From Candidatus Saccharimonadia bacterium (lineage in GTDB: Bacteria; Patescibacteriota; Saccharimonadia; UBA4664; JBIOIQ01), in NCBI GenBank assembly GCA_044449985.1, contig JBIOIQ010000004.1, positions 141-64,140 on the forward strand: a DNA stretch of 64,000 nucleotides, written 5' to 3'. A model generated the notes under the pieces. It did no database searches. It was not told where the DNA came from and saw only the letters and a program-made list of their open reading frames with translations. This document shows, piece after piece, positions 58,693-64,000 of the stretch. Numbering within the stretch: the stretch's first letter is position 1; every line of letters begins with the position of its first letter. The position numbers were made by a program, and so were the translations under genes.

Positions 58693-59744
58693 AAATGTAC
58701 AATCCCCCTCGGTTTCGGCCTTTGAGTTGGCGGTTTCGGTCTGGGAGGTGCTTGCTGCTGCTCGTCCGGCTCCTCAGGATGAACAACTGGCGGTTTTGGC
58801 ATTGGTTTGGCCCCGTCCGCAGTCAGCGCTAGAAAGACGTCGTCAAGTGACGGACGATGCAGAGACAAGCTTTCTACCGAAATGTTGGCGTTATTAAGCT
58901 CACTGACGACGTTCATAAGTGACTTTGAGCCATCTGCAACCGGCACCCGAATAATGAATTTCTCCTCGTCAACTGAAGGCGGCTGATGTCCATGTTTAGC
59001 AACCGCTGCGACAGCTGGCTTAATATAACGCTCGGCACTAACTTCAAACTCAACCACGTCACCCCCGAGCTGCGCTTTGAGCTCGTCCGACGTTCCTTCA
59101 GCTATTATCTTACCGATATTAACCACCGCTATCTGATCCGCCAGCTCATCAGCTTCCTCAAGATACTGGGTAGTAAGTAGAATCGAGGTACCCTCAGCCA
59201 CCAGCTCGCGCATAATGTCCCACAAACCTAGTCTCGTCTGCGGGTCCAGCCCAGTACTCGGCTCATCCAAATAAAGTATTTTTGGGTGTCCAACCAAACT
59301 GGCTCCGAGATCAAGCCGCCTCCGCATACCTCCGGAATAAGTCCGCACTTGGCGCCCAGCCGCATCAGTCAGATCCAATCGATCAAGTAGTTCAACCGTG
59401 CGCTTATGGGCTTCTGCCCGCGTTAAGTGATACAAGAGCCCCGTAAAATAAATGTTTTCATATCCAGTTAAGAATTCATCAACCGCCGCGTATTGGCCAG
59501 CCAGACCAATCAGCTCGCGCACTCGAGATGGATAGCGAATGGCATCAACCCCTAACACTGATATGCTACCACTGGCCGGCACTCGCAAAGTCGCGAGCAT
59601 ACGTACAAGCGTAGTTTTGCCCGCACCATTTGGCCCTAACAGACCAAAGATAGTACCTTCTTCGGCAGATAATGTCACCCCGTCAAGAGCCTTAACATCG
59701 CCAAAATGTTTGACTAGATTATGTACTTCCCAAGCGTTCGCCAT
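58689..59744 (-). CDS. ABC transporter ATP-binding protein (DrrA-like) with Pro-rich C-terminal tail
   Basis: Walker A is GPNGAGKTT, the signature is YSGGMRRRL and Walker B is ILYLDEPSTGLD. The tail reads PKPPVVHPEEPDEQQQAPPRPKPPTQRPKP. Confidence 0.85.
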   Translation of the reverse strand: MANAWEVHNLVKHFGDVKALDGVTLSAEEGTIFGLLGPNGAGKTTLVRMLATLRVPASGSISVLGVDAIRYPSRVRELIGLAGQYAAVDEFLTGYENIYFTGLLYHLTRAEAHKRTVELLDRLDLTDAAGRQVRTYSGGMRRRLDLGASLVGHPKILYLDEPSTGLDPQTRLGLWDIMRELVAEGTSILLTTQYLEEADELADQIAVVNIGKIIAEGTSDELKAQLGGDVVEFEVSAERYIKPAVAAVAKHGHQPPSVDEEKFIIRVPVADGSKSLMNVVSELNNANISVESLSLHRPSLDDVFLALTADGAKPMPKPPVVHPEEPDEQQQAPPRPKPPTQRPKPRGIVHL

Positions 59745-59804
59745 ATGGATATTTTATCCTATTTAGCAAGTCTACGAAAGCCCTTATGGATAGTTACAAA
59801 ATCG

Positions 59805-61244
59805 CTACAAGCCAATAACTTCCCAGTCCGAAGCGGTATTTGAATCATAGTTGGGATTGATTCTTTGAATCGCATCACCGGAGGGAATTGCAGGAATTGC
59901 AGGATTTAAAATAAGTGTGTCCGCCCCCCAACTAATAGAATCAATCACCTGCTTCTTTAAATTAAGTAGTGTCAGTTGATCGTTGGCCCCGCTCAGTCCG
60001 TTGCCAATTTTACCTCCCGATAACACGCCAGCTGGAATAATGACGAAACCTTTTGGAGGAATAGATAAAGCCGGTAGTAATTGCGGCGTCCCAGAATTAT
60101 CTTCAATGCTCCACCCAGAAATTGGCACAGGAGCACTTGTAGGATTATACAATTCAAACCATTGGGTAGTACTTGAATCGGGTTTGAAGTCGACTGTCGT
60201 TGTTGTCGAACTTGTGCTCGAAGCATTCCCTGTAGAAAAGTCACCGGTCGAAGTATTGCCATTAACATTGATAGGACCTGACTTTGAAGAATTCGAGACA
60301 TTATTTACAACCGTAACCCCATCATGTTCGGTTATAGTTTCATGACATTCTGAGCTATCTATCACAGAAGTTTTAGATCCAGCACCGGAATCAATAATGG
60401 TCACATTTACAGTACCCAACTCCGGACACTCGGGCGCAGACTCACCGCCAATCGCAACTAGTGAAATATCGATATGATTTGAAAGAATAACGGTTGAGAT
60501 CGTATTACCAGTGAGAGTCACGCTAGTATTTAATAAGGCAAAAGTCGATTTAAAGCCAATCACCAAGACAAATCCAATTAACATTAGTGGTTTAATTGGT
60601 CTGGTTGATTTAGATCCTTTTTCCCTCAAATCGATTATTCGACCAGTTGACTTATTTCCAACGTCATCGTCCTCTATAAGAGCATGCTCAGGTATATCTT
60701 GCTCGATCGCTGTCACTGTTTTGCCTCCATGAGCCGTGTGAATTTGGTTCTCTGTTTCACTGAACACATCAGCTAGACGACGTAGCTCATCAATAACTAT
60801 TAAGACACCAGGTATTATTACCAGAATAATAAGTCCAAGAGGCTTCCGCGCATAACCAATAAGTGTGCCTAGATAAGGTAAATGCCACTCGACCTTTCCC
60901 ACTATATTCCCTCCAAGGATCTCGGGATCACTAACTGAGTTTGCATCGCCTTTCGTAATAAATGCAGGTAAATTAAGTTTAGTCGTAACTTTTACTACTC
61001 TATGTGTAATAGTTTGTTTAGTATCAGCAGGGTTAATATATGTAACTACGTTCCCAACTTTAATATTTGAGGGTCGAACAGCATGAATAAAAACAAGTGA
61101 ACCCTGCGGAATAGCAGGGGTCATGCTCCCAGTCGCCACATCAAGGGCTTTCCAGCCTACCCTTGGAATGGCAAATATTAGGAGGAGACCCCCGCAAACC
61201 ACATAGATACTAATTGCTAAAATTTTGAGCGTTTTGAGTATCAT
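59805..61244 (-). CDS. SipW/ER-type signal peptidase I fused to a C-terminal lamin-tail domain (LTD)
   Basis: The N-terminus has a TM helix, then TGSMTPAI (catalytic Ser), ITHRVV (catalytic His) and KGDANSVSDP. A second TM helix and a ~200-aa Ser/Thr-rich linker follow. The LTD reads WFELYNPTSAPVPISGWSIEDNSG...NDQLTLLN. Confidence 0.7.
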   Translation of the reverse strand: MILKTLKILAISIYVVCGGLLLIFAIPRVGWKALDVATGSMTPAIPQGSLVFIHAVRPSNIKVGNVVTYINPADTKQTITHRVVKVTTKLNLPAFITKGDANSVSDPEILGGNIVGKVEWHLPYLGTLIGYARKPLGLIILVIIPGVLIVIDELRRLADVFSETENQIHTAHGGKTVTAIEQDIPEHALIEDDDVGNKSTGRIIDLREKGSKSTRPIKPLMLIGFVLVIGFKSTFALLNTSVTLTGNTISTVILSNHIDISLVAIGGESAPECPELGTVNVTIIDSGAGSKTSVIDSSECHETITEHDGVTVVNNVSNSSKSGPINVNGNTSTGDFSTGNASSTSSTTTTVDFKPDSSTTQWFELYNPTSAPVPISGWSIEDNSGTPQLLPALSIPPKGFVIIPAGVLSGGKIGNGLSGANDQLTLLNLKKQVIDSISWGADTLILNPAIPAIPSGDAIQRINPNYDSNTASDWEVIGL

Positions 61245-61262
61245 AGTTAACTCTCATTTATT

Positions 61263-61895
61263 CTATGGCGTTTGTGTGCCTATGAAGTTCAAGCTGAAGC
61301 TACCAATACTTGCTGAAGGACCTGTTACGGCAGACTCTGCAATATCGAAATGGACATCATAGTTCCCCGACGTTCCTGTTACACCACTATTCCCTGTATC
61401 ACCAGATTGCATTGTACAAGGCAAGATAACTTGGCCGGAAGCTAAGTCGGCCAGATTGGTATTAACGGTATACGGACTAGAGTTGCTATTGCCAGCTGTA
61501 GCTGTGTTTTCGAGAAACCCTGCTGGGTCAGTGCAAGATGTATTTTCTGCAGTTATAGAGACTGTCGCATTGTTCCAGCCAGAGAAACCAGAACTTGTAG
61601 GCAGGGTCGGAATATTTGCAGTTAAAGCTTCTGGAACCCCACCGCTATTTTGAAAGTATACATTCTCGTTGACGCCCGTACCTGGGATCAACCCGGTAAT
61701 ATTAAAACCTGTTGCTGTGAGGGCGTATGCTGAACCATTCCATATGTTTAGTCCTGCAAGTGCTGTATTTACAGAATTATCTGATAGTGTAACTGCCGGA
61801 CTTGTTAAAGCAGCAAATGTCACTCCTGTCACCAATCCGATCGTTGCAGTGATGATTGTCCCAGCTCGCACAAGGGCCATTGTTCGTCTATTCAT
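61263..61895 (-). CDS. TasA/camelysin-like exported protein with SipW-type signal peptide
   Basis: I placed the start at MNRRTMALVRAGTIITATIGLVTGVTFAAL, behind GGAGGA. The mature part is beta-rich. Confidence 0.55.
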   Translation of the reverse strand: MNRRTMALVRAGTIITATIGLVTGVTFAALTSPAVTLSDNSVNTALAGLNIWNGSAYALTATGFNITGLIPGTGVNENVYFQNSGGVPEALTANIPTLPTSSGFSGWNNATVSITAENTSCTDPAGFLENTATAGNSNSSPYTVNTNLADLASGQVILPCTMQSGDTGNSGVTGTSGNYDVHFDIAESAVTGPSASIGSFSLNFIGTQTP

Positions 61896-62097
61896 ATTTT
61901 CCTCCAAAATTTCCCTGCCGAAGATCAAAAGAACAAATCTCTCACACCTCGAGCAGTTCTTAATAGTATTATCTGTCGGCTGGACGACAGTTGCATTAAG
62001 CATAACCCCAGGGAAACAAAATCTAATTGTGCATAATGCTAAAGCGTTTCCCGTGAGATTTTAGAATTTGTTGGATTTTATACTAACTACGCTTAAA

Positions 62098-62646
62098 CTA
62101 GTTAGTTCCTGTGAGTGTGATCGTAAATGGGGATACACCACCTCCCGAGCCCGTAACAGCTGCAGAAGAAATTGTAGCGGATACAGTATACTGATCAACT
62201 GAGTTAGCTATGATTGGCCCTCCTGGTAACACTAGTCCAGTTGCTAACTGAGATAATGGATAGTCTTGGGAAGCTCCTGATGCAGTGACATTTACAAAAT
62301 GAAGTGTAACCTGCGTAGGATCAAAGTTAGAGATTGGGGTTAGAGGTCCTGAAGACGCACTGATTGTTAAATCAACACCTCCGGTATTATCCAGATAAAA
62401 TGTAAATGGAGCACTTGGAGTTCCTGGAGCAAGACCAGTAAAGTCAAAACCAGTATCAGTGGTACCATAATCAGCCCCAGTACTTTTTATGACAAGCTGT
62501 GCATTTGCACTCGTCAGTTGTGCGCTTGTCAAATTGACAGTATTTGATTGATATGTCGCGAGAGTTACACCAGTCACTACAGCGGCAGTGACAGCCACAA
62601 CCCCTACCGCACGAACAGTTGCAATCGTGTGTCTTTTCATGCTCAC
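62098..62646 (-). CDS. TasA/camelysin-like exported protein with SipW-type signal peptide
   Basis: MSMKRHTIATVRAVGVVAVTAAVVTGVTLATY lies behind GGAGGTG. It is the same class as the neighbouring gene. Confidence 0.55.
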   Translation of the reverse strand: MSMKRHTIATVRAVGVVAVTAAVVTGVTLATYQSNTVNLTSAQLTSANAQLVIKSTGADYGTTDTGFDFTGLAPGTPSAPFTFYLDNTGGVDLTISASSGPLTPISNFDPTQVTLHFVNVTASGASQDYPLSQLATGLVLPGGPIIANSVDQYTVSATISSAAVTGSGGGVSPFTITLTGTN

Positions 62647-62864
62647 CTCCTATTAAGTTGTTCCCACGTAGTGGATATTTAGCTAAGCATAAGCGAGCAT
62701 AAAGAAAGTTAATCTAGTTATTCTCATAAAGCCCACGGCGCGCACTTTCACACTATTTTAGAAGTTCTGCTAATTTAACCAAGAACCAAATTCGAATAGT
62801 TAGAATTGCGTCATATGATAATGCATTTGCTCCAATATACCGTTAACATAAGTAGTGATAACTT

Positions 62865-63452
62865 ATGAGGGCTCCAGTGATACATCTAGGACTCATCCTG
62901 CACTTTCGCTACCTCATTCTGGTACCTCTCTTTATTATCGAAGGTCCAGCGCTGACCTTTATCGTGGCAATACTGTGTGCCCAAGGCTACTTTGAATCAA
63001 GTGACATAATAATTGTCGCCATCATCTGTAACGTCATCGGAGACTATTTACATTACATATTTGGACGCTATGGCGGCATAGCCATCATCGAGAAATGGGG
63101 ACACTACATACACGTCACTCCAGCCCAAATAGCACTGCTCGAGCATCATTTCGCCAGGCACGGCGGAAAAACCTTAGTCTTAGGTAAACTCTCGGTTGCG
63201 CTCGGTAGTGTGCCCTTAATGGCGGCGGGCATGGCCAAATACTCACAATGGAAATTTATCCTGACTAACTTTGTAGTCGAAGTTCCGAAAACTTTCGCAA
63301 TCTTTGAATTCGGCTATTACTTGGGTGCAGTGTATAACAAATTTAATTTGTACTCCGCCATCTATGGCATTATCTTTGCCGCAGTCTTTATTACCATCAG
63401 TATCTTTATTGCTCGCAAATCGAAATCGCAACTCGAGCACATGGGCGACTGA
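62865..63452 (+). CDS. DedA family (SNARE-associated) membrane protein
   Basis: LVPLFIIEGPA...GDYLHYIFGRYGG...FARHGGKTLVLGKL. Confidence 0.7.
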   Translation: MRAPVIHLGLILHFRYLILVPLFIIEGPALTFIVAILCAQGYFESSDIIIVAIICNVIGDYLHYIFGRYGGIAIIEKWGHYIHVTPAQIALLEHHFARHGGKTLVLGKLSVALGSVPLMAAGMAKYSQWKFILTNFVVEVPKTFAIFEFGYYLGAVYNKFNLYSAIYGIIFAAVFITISIFIARKSKSQLEHMGD

Positions 63453-63461
63453 ACTTAAGGG

Positions 63462-64000
63462 CTAGATATCTAAGTACAGTGACACCGGAGCGTGATCTGA
63501 GCCCATAACTTCGCCCAAAATTCCCGCAGATTTTACCTTGCTCTTAAGTGATTTCGAGATTAGGAAATAATCGATCCGCCAACCGGTGTTAGAAGCTCTT
63601 GCCCCGCCCCAGGCCGCCCACCAGCTGTAATGACCATTCCCTTTGTTAAAGAGACGGAAACTGTCAATGAATCCCGCCTCAACGAACTTGGTAAATCCTT
63701 CACGCTCTTCTTTTGTAAAGCCTTTTTTACCTTCATTTTCTTTCGGACGCGCCAGATCATCCGACGTATGCGCAACATTTAGATCCCCACAAAAAACTAC
63801 TGGTTTGGACTCCTCAAGCTCTTTGACGTAGGCGAGAAATGCCGGATCCCAGTGTAAGTGCCTCATCCCAACTCGCGAGAGATCATCTTTGGCATTAGGC
63901 GTATAAACCGTCACTAAATAAAAATCCGGATACTCAGCAGTAAGAACTCGCCCCTCACTAGCCACATCTCGGGTTTCGTCATCAATAAAGTTATAGGTTT
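63462..64000 (-). CDS. xth: exodeoxyribonuclease III (C-terminal part; the frame stays open to the right edge)
   Basis: VYTPN...VVFCGDLNVAH...YSWW...GWRIDYFLIS...GSDHAPV. The frame continues upstream of the ORF-track GTG (..TYNFIDDETRDVASEGR..). Confidence 0.8.
   Translation of the reverse strand, partial: TYNFIDDETRDVASEGRVLTAEYPDFYLVTVYTPNAKDDLSRVGMRHLHWDPAFLAYVKELEESKPVVFCGDLNVAHTSDDLARPKENEGKKGFTKEEREGFTKFVEAGFIDSFRLFNKGNGHYSWWAAWGGARASNTGWRIDYFLISKSLKSKVKSAGILGEVMGSDHAPVSLYLDI

Noticed and set aside
1-64000. CRISPR arrays, transposases, integrases, IS inverted repeats and prophage structural genes.
   Set aside because: I found no short direct-repeat/spacer periodicity and no DDE, tyrosine or serine recombinase motif in any frame I read. 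The tail-fibre-like N-terminus of 23722-25854 is embedded in a non-phage context, with no capsid, portal or terminase genes.

Overview
This window is a chromosomal segment from a moderately AT-rich bacterium that uses the standard genetic code (TGA ends several well-supported genes). I recognise about 60 protein genes and six tRNAs, all with an encoded CCA end. I see no rRNA, CRISPR array, transposase or integrase. The gene content fits a Patescibacteria/CPR (Saccharibacteria-like) or related monoderm lineage, but that is inference only. The features behind this guess are secreted enzymes with N-terminal dockerins, membrane-anchored cohesin-like proteins, a SipW-type signal peptidase with TasA-like substrates, an LCP protein, an RRM RNA-binding protein, a DUF5674 protein, many 1-4 nt gene overlaps and several apparently leaderless genes. 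Ordinary genes include two GlcD-like FAD oxidases, two LLM (F420-type) oxidoreductases, malic enzyme, a DEAD-box helicase, PadR, an orphan histidine kinase, an ABC-2 exporter, DedA and Xth. The left end (233-7227) looks like an exopolysaccharide synthesis and modification locus, with a processive GT2 synthase, a deacetylase carrying four CBM-like repeats, and glycosidases. The outstanding feature is a 17.4-kb, single-strand block (21991-39469) of 15 consecutive exported-protein genes. It is built from three repeats of 'secreted beta-rich subunit(s), then a DUF916-like membrane-anchored protein'. It also holds an embedded cohesin/dockerin trio, a LamG lectin and a 710-aa fibre-like protein. Two diverged copies of a 383-aa secreted protein bracket the block. 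It resembles the csc/WxL cell-surface-complex loci of Lactobacillales but uses different parts, and I do not recognise it as a described system. A second, smaller system (59805-62646) has two TasA-like genes followed by a SipW-type peptidase fused to a lamin-tail domain. All function calls rest on motif recognition by eye. No database search or computation beyond hand counting was possible, and promoter and terminator coordinates are approximate.
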